A DNA stretch of 64,000 nt from a virus (lineage: Duplodnaviria > Caudoviricetes), in the IMG/VR virus record IMGVR_UViG_3300010163_000018, positions 1-64,000 of that record; one strand, written 5' to 3'. Numbering within the stretch: the first letter of the stretch is position 1; the number at the start of each line of letters is the position of its first letter. A program made the translations under genes and the position numbers. Positions 29,104-38,313 of this stretch are shown piece by piece. The notes under the pieces were generated by a model, which had not been told where the DNA came from, did not search any database, and saw nothing but the letters and a program-made list of their open reading frames with translations.

Positions 29104-32100
29104 ATGGCTACAAATGACCGCATTCAACTGAAACGGGAAGAAATCGTTGGTAATGATGTTGTTTTAACGGATATAAATCCTAAGTCAAATACCAAATCAA
29201 TCGACGATACAAATTCTGGTGTTTCATTGGAAAAAACTATCGAACGTTTGTGGAATGCGATTAATAACAAACTGTCCAGAATTGTCAATAGTGTCAATGG
29301 TAGGACCGGAGTTGTTGTTCTTAATGCGAATGATGTCGGTCTTGGTAATGTCGACAACGTTTCTCTTGCTGATATAAAGAACTGGGTTATCGAAAGAACG
29401 ATACAGGAATTCAGAAACAAGAGAATCGAATTGTTCAATTCATTGAATGAGGTTGATAATTTAATCACTCAATGGAATAACGATGAAGCATACGCCGATA
29501 AACCTTACTATTCTCACCATGGATATGATGATGATAAACGTGGCTACATAGGTTATATCTATATAGACCCTGGTACAGGACGGCTTACCCATACCTTTGA
29601 TATGGTAATTGATACTGTGGGATGGACAGATAATTCTCTTGTATATAATGAGAATATTAACGATAAAGAATTTGCCGAAACCGGTGGTCTTGGTGTCAAT
29701 ATATGGAAATACGAGGATGCACTTGAATTATATAACGATGCATCCGGAAACAAGGCTGCTTCTGGTTTACGTATCGACAAATCGAATATATCTCCCAAGG
29801 TTCATTATTTCGATGGAGTATATGGAAATGGTGATCCCAACGATTCAAACGCATTGTTGTTCTTCGATCCCAATACGTTCCCTTCCACCAATATCAAAAC
29901 GGTTGATATATATGTCGATGGTATCTTGAGGAAATGTGAAGGAAAGGAATTCCCCGAGGGAATAATTACCAAATTCGCCGGGGAAAATATAATGCGTCAA
30001 CGTCTTAAGTTGTATGATATCATTGTTTGTAATTTCAGTGATAAGGGTTATGTTGCGAAGACAGATGACAGTAATATTGAAATGCTTAATCCATACATGA
30101 ATCCTCTTCTCATATTGAGGAATCCGGCAATCGGACAAGTTACCACAGCACCAACACTTGAACATCCTGAAAACAACTACGTGATCGAATTCTATTCATT
30201 AAAACCCAACGTATATAAGGGTCTTCAAGAATATACTTCATCGAGCCGTATCAGTATAGATTCAAAGTACAAAGCGAATTCCATTGGATTATCATTGTTG
30301 GAAACGGATGAGATTCGTTCTTGGCAATTAGATCCAAACGTTGGTGGTGAAAGGGTACATTACTCTGGTTCTCCGGTAAACATATCTGGTGTTAATGCAT
30401 TCTCACCGTATTCTATCAATTATCCAAGAATACTTGGGTCTACCAAAGATAGAAAACTATCAACGGTATTACCAACAGGCGAAACATCAGACATCTTCAA
30501 AAATAATAATGACAGAAATAAATCTTCATCAACATATATATTACCAAACTTCTCATTGTGTGTAATTCCGTATAAGACATACAACTCTGACAATGAAAAG
30601 AACCTGATAAAGAACTGGCCGGTATCTGCCCCGACAATCACCGATGATCCTAACGAAACCACTGAAGAAAGATCCCTGTTGGGAATCAATCTTGACAAAA
30701 TAATTACCAGTGATGGTAATGCGATAAATAATTCCGGTTTGAGAATAAATACTGATAAAGACTTGTTTACACATTCTTGGTATGGTATGTCAGATGAATT
30801 TCATAAGGATGAACCAGTCTCAAATCCTAATCGATCAGGTGGTCTTTCCGTTAATGTCGGTGAATTTCTTGAAATAGGAACATATAATGAATCAACCCCC
30901 GCAGAAAAGAAGAACTTCTATAATCAAGGTAAAGTCAACGTTCGTATTGACAGATCTAAGAGCTTGTATAATACTGGCGATAACAAAATTGGTGTTCGCG
31001 TGTGGAGTACATTAGCGGGACTTCCAGATGGATTTAAAATGCCCGCTGGTGGAATTGTACATGCTAAAGGATCCGGTAATTCTTCAGCTTTATCGATAAA
31101 CCCAGGAAAAGGTATATTTTTCTCGGGACAAGACAGTTTTGGTGTTCCCATGTCTTATACTTCAGAAAAGACATTGTCAATCAATATAATAGATACTCTC
31201 AATGAAGATGATTACGGCATTTCTGATGATACGCTTCCGGATAAGAGAAGTCATTATGGTGGACTTAGATTCATAATTGATGATGGTCACGGAGGATCAA
31301 GTATTGGAATAAGGGTAAATGAAGATGACACATATATCCATCAGAAAGTAGATTCGGATGGAAATCCTGTGTTTAATGATGATGGAATAACTCCTGTGTA
31401 TGCTCTATATCATACGAACAGATCTAAGATACATGGTTACCATACTGGAACTGAAGGTCTGAGAATTACGGATAAGAATGTTCTTGGTATCCAATTATAC
31501 AACAATGATAGGGATATCGAAATATCAAGAAACCCGTTAAGAATTAAGTCTTTTGAAGAATGGCTTATCGAAAATTTTGCCGAAACACCTGTGCGAATTC
31601 CTTCTGAAGATGGGACTGGTTTTAATGTCGAACGCCGTCTTCCTGAGAAGTGTGTTGTCTCAAAAACAGCACCGGAAAATATAACATCTCCTAATGATAA
31701 ATTGGTTTATTTGATTGACAATTCCCATGAACGGGAATACTATAGATTCATCGATTATGGTGAAGGACTCGTTGCTACTAAGTTAATCCATTATTATGAC
31801 CAAGAAAGTAATCTCCCTGATCCTAACGATGGCGAAACAATCCAACGAGAACACCTGGGATTCTGTCTGTTTGTTGTCAAAGGTAATCCACTTACTGCCA
31901 ATGAATCCGGAAAGATCAAGGTATGCAAATTGACAGCTGCGGATACTGGTCCCGTTTATGCAACATTGGTTGATTGGATAACGCCACCAACTGGAGGATT
32001 GAACCTCGAATATTCCAAGGGCTTACGTACGGAACATTCTCAACTATTCGATGTCAACCGTCTTACGGTGGACCTGAATGACAAAACCGAAGATGATGAT

Positions 32101-32445
32101 CTTAGCACTTTAGGTGGATTACGGTTTTCCAGAGATGGTTCTATCGCAATCCGACTTAATACGAAAGACGATGACAACAGAACAGGCGACAGAGGTTTAT
32201 CTATTGATGATCGTAATGTTCTTGGTGTGAGAGTCAATCCTGATAATAAGGATCTTAAGATTGATGATAATGGTCATCTTATAATTGACCCTGAATTCAA
32301 GCCAACAATGAAGACATTAAAGATCACCGATAGTAAGGGTATGTCGGCAACATATAATGGATCCCAGGATGAAGAAATCATCCTGGGTCCGGGTCTCATA
32401 TTTACAGAAGTTATTACTGGTGGGGGATCGACTGGTACATGGTAA
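29104..32445 (+). CDS. Long tail fibre-like protein with GL-x-V/I shaft repeats
   Basis: VNSVNGRTGVVVLNANDVGLGNVDN is a common fibre motif. Recurrent GGLGVNI, SGLRI, GGLSVNVG, GGLRF and RGLSID units. AAGGAG places the start at ATG 29104. Confidence 0.65.
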   Translation: MATNDRIQLKREEIVGNDVVLTDINPKSNTKSIDDTNSGVSLEKTIERLWNAINNKLSRIVNSVNGRTGVVVLNANDVGLGNVDNVSLADIKNWVIERTIQEFRNKRIELFNSLNEVDNLITQWNNDEAYADKPYYSHHGYDDDKRGYIGYIYIDPGTGRLTHTFDMVIDTVGWTDNSLVYNENINDKEFAETGGLGVNIWKYEDALELYNDASGNKAASGLRIDKSNISPKVHYFDGVYGNGDPNDSNALLFFDPNTFPSTNIKTVDIYVDGILRKCEGKEFPEGIITKFAGENIMRQRLKLYDIIVCNFSDKGYVAKTDDSNIEMLNPYMNPLLILRNPAIGQVTTAPTLEHPENNYVIEFYSLKPNVYKGLQEYTSSSRISIDSKYKANSIGLSLLETDEIRSWQLDPNVGGERVHYSGSPVNISGVNAFSPYSINYPRILGSTKDRKLSTVLPTGETSDIFKNNNDRNKSSSTYILPNFSLCVIPYKTYNSDNEKNLIKNWPVSAPTITDDPNETTEERSLLGINLDKIITSDGNAINNSGLRINTDKDLFTHSWYGMSDEFHKDEPVSNPNRSGGLSVNVGEFLEIGTYNESTPAEKKNFYNQGKVNVRIDRSKSLYNTGDNKIGVRVWSTLAGLPDGFKMPAGGIVHAKGSGNSSALSINPGKGIFFSGQDSFGVPMSYTSEKTLSINIIDTLNEDDYGISDDTLPDKRSHYGGLRFIIDDGHGGSSIGIRVNEDDTYIHQKVDSDGNPVFNDDGITPVYALYHTNRSKIHGYHTGTEGLRITDKNVLGIQLYNNDRDIEISRNPLRIKSFEEWLIENFAETPVRIPSEDGTGFNVERRLPEKCVVSKTAPENITSPNDKLVYLIDNSHEREYYRFIDYGEGLVATKLIHYYDQESNLPDPNDGETIQREHLGFCLFVVKGNPLTANESGKIKVCKLTAADTGPVYATLVDWITPPTGGLNLEYSKGLRTEHSQLFDVNRLTVDLNDKTEDDDLSTLGGLRFSRDGSIAIRLNTKDDDNRTGDRGLSIDDRNVLGVRVNPDNKDLKIDDNGHLIIDPEFKPTMKTLKITDSKGMSATYNGSQDEEIILGPGLIFTEVITGGGSTGTW

Positions 32446-32457
32446 AGAGGTGATTAA

Positions 32458-32922
32458 ATGTTCAAATTGACTCTTGATTTAGATAAAGATTTAGAGGTGA
32501 ATGCCGATAATCAAGTCACTATTAAATGTTCCGAAGAACCTGGGAATACTCTCGAAATCCGAGATGATGGCCTGTATGCCGAAGCAACTCAGGGTATCGA
32601 TGGAACCGGTGGCACCGGTTACACAAGAAAAGGGGACTATGAAGGTGTCAGAATAGGTTATGAATCACCGTACGGGATGACGGAATCTTCACGTCGCGTA
32701 GTATTGACAAATGTTATACACCGGGTTTATACTGCCGAAGGGGATGACATTAATAATCTGAAGGATTATCGCGTTAAAATAGATTATGTCCTTCCAGGGG
32801 ATATTGTTCTTTTTAACGGCAATATCTATCTCGTAACATCAGTATCAATGAGTGGTGCTAATGGTGTATATGGTTCCCCAGGAAACAGAATAAACTCGGC
32901 TATTTGTTTACAAGAGGGATGA
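32458..32922 (+). CDS. Small tail-associated protein (MFKL family, copy 1)
   Basis: MFKLTLDLDK...NTLEIRDDGLY...GIDGTGGTG. GAGGTG RBS. Confidence 0.65.
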   Translation: MFKLTLDLDKDLEVNADNQVTIKCSEEPGNTLEIRDDGLYAEATQGIDGTGGTGYTRKGDYEGVRIGYESPYGMTESSRRVVLTNVIHRVYTAEGDDINNLKDYRVKIDYVLPGDIVLFNGNIYLVTSVSMSGANGVYGSPGNRINSAICLQEG

Positions 32923-32926
32923 ATAT

Positions 32927-33256
32927 ATGTTCAAATTAGAAATCAATACAGATAAAAAATCTATTGGGCATGATTCTACTGGTGCTCTTTGTATAAAAAT
33001 ATCGGAAGCTGCTAATAATGGATTATCGTTTGATGGTGATAAAATAAAAGTCACCAAAGGTAAGAACGGTAATCCTGGCACCGGTGGAACGTCAAATTTA
33101 CCGGGCAATGGTATTGCCGGAGAATATAATAAAGGTATCTCCATCCTCAGAGCTAACTCGACAGTGTCACGTCTTAAAGGTGGTGACCCAACGTCTGGAA
33201 ATGAGGGGCCATTGATGTCTGATATTGTTGTCAGAATAAAGAAAGGTAGCTGGTGA
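32927..33256 (+). CDS. Small tail-associated protein (MFKL family, copy 2)
   Basis: MFKLEINTDK...NNGLSFDGDKI...GKNGNPGTGG. Confidence 0.65.
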   Translation: MFKLEINTDKKSIGHDSTGALCIKISEAANNGLSFDGDKIKVTKGKNGNPGTGGTSNLPGNGIAGEYNKGISILRANSTVSRLKGGDPTSGNEGPLMSDIVVRIKKGSW

Positions 33257-33262
33257 TAATAT

Positions 33263-33919
33263 ATGTATAAACTAAATATTGCTCTTGGTAATGGACTTGG
33301 GTTCAATGATAATTCTATTACAACATCATGGTCTCAATCCAAAATTGATGATAAGGATATAAAACAACCTGATGGGTTATATATACCTAATCTCAAAGGT
33401 GCTGATGGATCTGGTGGCGGTACAATAGTTGATAATCACACATTGAAAGAAAAATCTTTGTCTGATGGTGCCAGTGTCAACATTAATAGGGACGTCGTAC
33501 AATTGATTTTTGCAATGAGTGTTTGTAAAACTCAAACTAATGGACGATATAATGGAAATATTCCTATTGTCAGTGGTAAGAAAACGGCAACAGACATCAA
33601 GAATGAGATCAACTTTGTATTCGACAATGGTTCACCGAATCCATATACGACATATGCAGTTCGGAAAAACGATCTGCTTATGTTATACACGGGCGGGACC
33701 AATTCTTCCGGTGGATTAGCGCATACATTCAATAATGGTTATGCCATAATGGAAGACGGTAATAGATATGTTGATCAAACAGCAGTTGCCCTATTCATTG
33801 TTAACAGTGTTACCAATTCCGCTTCAAACGGATTGATTGGTTATGTTGAACACATAACCCTGGAGTGTCTCTGGTCCGCAGATGGATACTACACTAAAGG
33901 TCAGAAGCTCCAATGTTAA
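33263..33919 (+). CDS. Small tail-associated protein (MFKL family, copy 3)
   Basis: MYKLNIALGNGLGF...PDGLYIPNLKGADGSGGG. Confidence 0.65.
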   Translation: MYKLNIALGNGLGFNDNSITTSWSQSKIDDKDIKQPDGLYIPNLKGADGSGGGTIVDNHTLKEKSLSDGASVNINRDVVQLIFAMSVCKTQTNGRYNGNIPIVSGKKTATDIKNEINFVFDNGSPNPYTTYAVRKNDLLMLYTGGTNSSGGLAHTFNNGYAIMEDGNRYVDQTAVALFIVNSVTNSASNGLIGYVEHITLECLWSADGYYTKGQKLQC

Positions 33920-33953
33920 TAAACTATTGAAAAATAAAAAGGAGGTTTTTTAA

Positions 33954-35306
33954 TTGAATGAGAATCCCAATATAAAAATTGAAGATTGTCTTTCATTTAA
34001 GGATAATTCAGATATAAAACACGGTCTCCGTGGTCATGTAAAAATCGTACTTGAGAACGTTGACACAAAAGAAAAGAAATTCTGGTACGAGGATGACAAT
34101 ATCATTCCTATTTCAGGATATCAGTGGATTCTGATGAAGATGTTTGGATTACATCTTGATTCCGTTCATGATCCTCGTGTTAATTATGAAGACATGGGGC
34201 AAGATACATCGATTGTTATTCCTGATTTGAACAATGACGATCAACTCCGAATCGGCCGTAATCCCAATGGAGAGTATGATCCTACGAATAATGTATTCAA
34301 GGGATATACTCCAATTGAAGAAGATATTCCTTCCAACCATTTCATTCAGGGATTCATGGTTGGAAATGGCGGTGCTGGTGAAGATGCGATAACAACGAAA
34401 AACACGGACTATTCGTTTATCAAGCTTCGTAACCCGATACCGTTCCAACAGACAACGGGTTCAGAAGGACTTGATCCTTCAATATCAGGCAAGTACCTTG
34501 GTGTATATCGGCAGCCTGGTAAAGATGAGAAAAATTACTTCATCAAGAAATTCGATGAACGCCCGCATATCTATCACAATTGGTGGAGAGATGGTCAACG
34601 TTGGGATTACCTTGATCCCGTACGTCAATCTGAACTCGGTCCCGATGGTAACGGTACAGCAAAGACTAACCGTATCGAAACATATGCCCAAGTGGAAATG
34701 TCTATTGACACGATGAATTCAGATTGTTTTGGTTATTTCCAACACGCTGGAAATGGAGAAACGGCTGTTATAAATGAACTGGGTCTCGTTGCCTTTGATA
34801 CAGTCCCGGGTGAACGATCAACAATCGAGATGCTTTATAATTCTCGAATCAAAAGAGTCATCAACCTTATATTTGATAATAATCGTCCTGCTACTGCTGG
34901 TGATGAGCTTGTTGCATTATCAAAGGATATCGCTGAATGTCTCACTGCTATAATGGATAAGGTCGGAGTGACCCAGGGTAACATCAATAAATTCATCAGG
35001 TTGATGAGTGTATTGTCTTCTACTGATCCTGCATCAATAGACTATGAGGAATATCAGAAAGCTTTGACATCTGTTGATAATGACGGTGTTCCTACAAGTA
35101 TCGGCGTTGAAGCATTCTATAATCATAATGGTTCATTTGTATATGCAACTGATCGTTTCCTGGAATATTTGAATTCTTCTGAATTCGGTAGCCTTACAAC
35201 GGATGAGGCTCAAAGAATCAAACTCATTACATATTATACGTTTAATTCAATACCTCTTCAAGCCAACTGGAAAGTATTGATCAGCTATCGTATATATGCT
35301 AACTGA
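33954..35306 (+). CDS. Tail/baseplate protein with tail-collar-fibre (DUF3751)-like fold and insertions
   Basis: GHVKIVLEN...NIIPISG, FMVGNGG, INELGL and C-terminal TYYTFNSIPL....VLISYRIY. TTG start 8 nt after GGAGG. Confidence 0.55.
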   Translation: MNENPNIKIEDCLSFKDNSDIKHGLRGHVKIVLENVDTKEKKFWYEDDNIIPISGYQWILMKMFGLHLDSVHDPRVNYEDMGQDTSIVIPDLNNDDQLRIGRNPNGEYDPTNNVFKGYTPIEEDIPSNHFIQGFMVGNGGAGEDAITTKNTDYSFIKLRNPIPFQQTTGSEGLDPSISGKYLGVYRQPGKDEKNYFIKKFDERPHIYHNWWRDGQRWDYLDPVRQSELGPDGNGTAKTNRIETYAQVEMSIDTMNSDCFGYFQHAGNGETAVINELGLVAFDTVPGERSTIEMLYNSRIKRVINLIFDNNRPATAGDELVALSKDIAECLTAIMDKVGVTQGNINKFIRLMSVLSSTDPASIDYEEYQKALTSVDNDGVPTSIGVEAFYNHNGSFVYATDRFLEYLNSSEFGSLTTDEAQRIKLITYYTFNSIPLQANWKVLISYRIYAN

Positions 35307-35338
35307 TATTTGTTCTAAGAAATGGGAGATGTATATAA

Positions 35339-35941
35339 ATGACTACAAAAGAACAAATCATATCATCAATAGATGCTATAGATGAAACATGTTTCTTAAT
35401 GGAAATGTCAATATATAATACACTGGCTGATGCATATGTCAAATCCTTATTGATTATGGAGAATTATGATGGTGATGACATTGATAAGTTCTCTATAATT
35501 CAAGAAGGTAAGATTCTTGATAAAACAATCGGCAAAGGGAAAGATGAAAATATATTAACTAAAATCATTAAATTTATCCCTCGGCTTATTGGAGCATTAA
35601 TTGATGCTATAAAGAATTCAATAAATAATTTCCGTCGAAAGAGAGCAAATAAGTCCGTTGATAAAATAATCATCAATTCTGATCCCAAAGGAAAAGAACT
35701 TCTTGAGAAGGCTTTAGAAGAGATAGGTTGTGTTGGAACAGTTGATGACGGTGTCTTGTCAGTTAGTCGCATTAAATCCATTGAGAAAGATCTGGCCATT
35801 GAATTCAAGGATGATGTGAAATTTAAAATAAGTGAATCAGGCATAATGAAGGTAGTATTTCCTTATTATAAAATCGATCAAATCATTGATTTTAATAAAG
35901 ACATAAACATCAAGATTGTTGGCATAAAAAAAAATGTTTAA
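35339..35941 (+). CDS. Internal head protein, N-terminal part (propeptide ending IQE|G); probably one gene with 35934-37655, split at an A9 run
   Basis: Acidic N-terminus ending FSIIQE56|G followed by an amphipathic helix. The ORF ends immediately after the A9 run at 35926-35934. Confidence 0.65.
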   Translation: MTTKEQIISSIDAIDETCFLMEMSIYNTLADAYVKSLLIMENYDGDDIDKFSIIQEGKILDKTIGKGKDENILTKIIKFIPRLIGALIDAIKNSINNFRRKRANKSVDKIIINSDPKGKELLEKALEEIGCVGTVDDGVLSVSRIKSIEKDLAIEFKDDVKFKISESGIMKVVFPYYKIDQIIDFNKDINIKIVGIKKNV

Positions 35942-37655
35942 CAAACAGAATTATGACAAACTCGTGAAGTCACTAAAAGAACTGGATCTGTCATTTAAAG
36001 GAATTGCTACAAACCAAGCAAATATAAAAGAGAAATCTTTTAAAGATATAAGTGCGTGGGATGATTATATGAACACAGTTCTCGACGCATTTAATACGTT
36101 CTCTGATAGACTGTCTGTCATAAAGAAAATGTTTGATGATATGGATACTGACATTGACGGTATGAAAGCACCATTGGGTTCTTTGGTGGATGATATCAAA
36201 AACCTTCTTATCAAAACCCCTAAGGATATCAAGCTTATAACAGAACTTGATAAAACAATACATGAGGTATACGATGTCCTGACAGATCAATCTGCTGACA
36301 AATCGAAATATAAAGATTTCCTGTATGTAATACCCGACACAAAGAATCTTGTCAACATCAATAATTTTGACAATCATCATATAATTGCCGCCATCAATAA
36401 ATTTAATGATTTTTATAAAAATGAAATCATTAAAAACGCAGGAAAAGATCCCAATGTTATTGCCAAGAATTCAAATGCTTTTAAAGAAGCAATTAATGAA
36501 TTAAATAAACAATTCAATGTGGATATAAAAATAAATACGAATGTTAAAAATCTTGGAATGCAGACAACGCCAGGTAAAATGAGAGGTGGATCCTCTCGCC
36601 AATTAACTGTCTCTAAAACAAAAGGATTTGATCTTGGTGGTGTAGAGATATTCATTCGTAGTGAATTATATACGGATTGTATCCAAATGATTCGTCGTTC
36701 AGGAAAAATGATATTTGGGCAAGTAATGTGTAGCAGCATCTGTCATGAGATATTCCATAACATATCATTTATGATGTTGCATGGTAATTCTGGTCCTGGT
36801 AAACTGTTATCGGCTATTACCAGTTTAACATCGGCTATTTTTGATACAGCTATGACTATCGAAAGAGCGGTATCACAATTCTTGGCAAAACTCGGTATCA
36901 AGTCAGAAACCGTCAAATATGAAAATATGATATCTATTATGATTAAAAATGTAACATATTCATCATATGATAAATCATTATTCAAGACCATTTGTGACAA
37001 AATATTTGATAAAAAGATAGACGAGGTATCATTGAGAGAAGTTGATGGCATTCGTGAAATTCCTATTGAAGAATTAAAAAAGATGCCAGTCAATGTCAAG
37101 AAAATCGTTACTAAAGTTCTGACAATTGGAGTATTATTATTACTTGCATTAGGACGATCTGTGCCAACAGTGATACAAATCCCTGCTGCTATTATTTTGG
37201 GACTTAACATTAGCTCACTGCTTGGTGGAATCCCACATTTTAGTCACGATAATGAGGAATCAATGGCGGATGCATTTGCAGCAATGTATAAATTACCAGT
37301 TGTATTCGGGGATACTGCGTTGGAGTCTAAAGATGGAAAGAATCGGTTTAAGTATAATAACACGGACAACAAAAACGATGAACACCCCGCAACATATGAC
37401 AGATCAGTTGTTGGTTATAATATGGCGAAAGAAATACTTAATTCTGGAGAAAAAATAAATCCTGAATTGAAAGAATATCTCGAATTCATCGTAAAGGAAT
37501 TTAACGGAGTTAATAAGGTTGAACGTCGGTTCACCAAGGATCAAATCAATAAATCTGCTCCGGAGTTCAATTCTAATATAAATTCTGCATTGAATGATTT
37601 CATTGCCAAACATAATATATCCGTGACTGAATCATCGTTAATATATGATACGTAA
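35934..37655 (+). CDS. Zinc-metalloprotease-like (HExxH) virion protein, C-terminal part
   Basis: CHEIFHN (36744-36758), a hydrophobic pair of helices, NEESMADAFA and DEHPATYDR, in the motif order of M48/HtpX-like zincins. There is no RBS before ATG 35934. Confidence 0.6.
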   Translation: MFNKQNYDKLVKSLKELDLSFKGIATNQANIKEKSFKDISAWDDYMNTVLDAFNTFSDRLSVIKKMFDDMDTDIDGMKAPLGSLVDDIKNLLIKTPKDIKLITELDKTIHEVYDVLTDQSADKSKYKDFLYVIPDTKNLVNINNFDNHHIIAAINKFNDFYKNEIIKNAGKDPNVIAKNSNAFKEAINELNKQFNVDIKINTNVKNLGMQTTPGKMRGGSSRQLTVSKTKGFDLGGVEIFIRSELYTDCIQMIRRSGKMIFGQVMCSSICHEIFHNISFMMLHGNSGPGKLLSAITSLTSAIFDTAMTIERAVSQFLAKLGIKSETVKYENMISIMIKNVTYSSYDKSLFKTICDKIFDKKIDEVSLREVDGIREIPIEELKKMPVNVKKIVTKVLTIGVLLLLALGRSVPTVIQIPAAIILGLNISSLLGGIPHFSHDNEESMADAFAAMYKLPVVFGDTALESKDGKNRFKYNNTDNKNDEHPATYDRSVVGYNMAKEILNSGEKINPELKEYLEFIVKEFNGVNKVERRFTKDQINKSAPEFNSNINSALNDFIAKHNISVTESSLIYDT

Positions 37656-37701
37656 ATATCTATATACCAATTCAGATAATTTATGGAGGTGAATAATAAA
37701 C

Positions 37702-38286
37702 GTGATACCTGATAAAGTAAAACAAAATGTGGATGCCTTAATACAGGAAGTGAGTAATGTTGTACAAACAAAAGTATCAAGCGTTCTCGCGGTGTATTCA
37801 TCAGTGAAATGGAAGAATGTATCATTTACAATACCTACGATACCCGTTCCATCACACAGACCAAGATTATCTGGATATAGGGTTTATGTTCCCGGTGCTG
37901 CAAAGAACCAGTCGTTCTTCAACAGAAATGTTTTACCTAAACTCAAGGGGTTGTTTATTACGACCCCTTGTAAAATAAAGGTGGATATATATTGCCCAAC
38001 ACCGAAGTCTTTCTCTAAAGCGCAACAGATACTCGCCGAAATGAGGATACTGAGACCTTGGGTTAACACTGGTGATGTCGACAATTACGACAAAGCAGTA
38101 TTCGATATGATGCAACCAAATGAAAAACGTGGTCATATCGGAATAATGAGCAATGACTGTCTTATTATCGAAAGTCATACGAATAAATATTATTCTGTCA
38201 ATCCCCGTTATGAGGTTACCATATCATACATGGATAAAGTCCCTGATTCAATTTCATCTACACTGAGATTGAAAGATAAATCATAA
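37702..38286 (+). CDS. rusA: RusA-family Holliday junction resolvase
   Basis: GDVDNYDKAVFDMM, NDCLII...KYY...PRYEVTI and CKIKVDIY. GGAGG RBS with GTG start. Confidence 0.8.
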   Translation: MIPDKVKQNVDALIQEVSNVVQTKVSSVLAVYSSVKWKNVSFTIPTIPVPSHRPRLSGYRVYVPGAAKNQSFFNRNVLPKLKGLFITTPCKIKVDIYCPTPKSFSKAQQILAEMRILRPWVNTGDVDNYDKAVFDMMQPNEKRGHIGIMSNDCLIIESHTNKYYSVNPRYEVTISYMDKVPDSISSTLRLKDKS

Positions 38287-38313
38287 ATTAAACTAACCAA
38301 GGAGGTTATTAAC

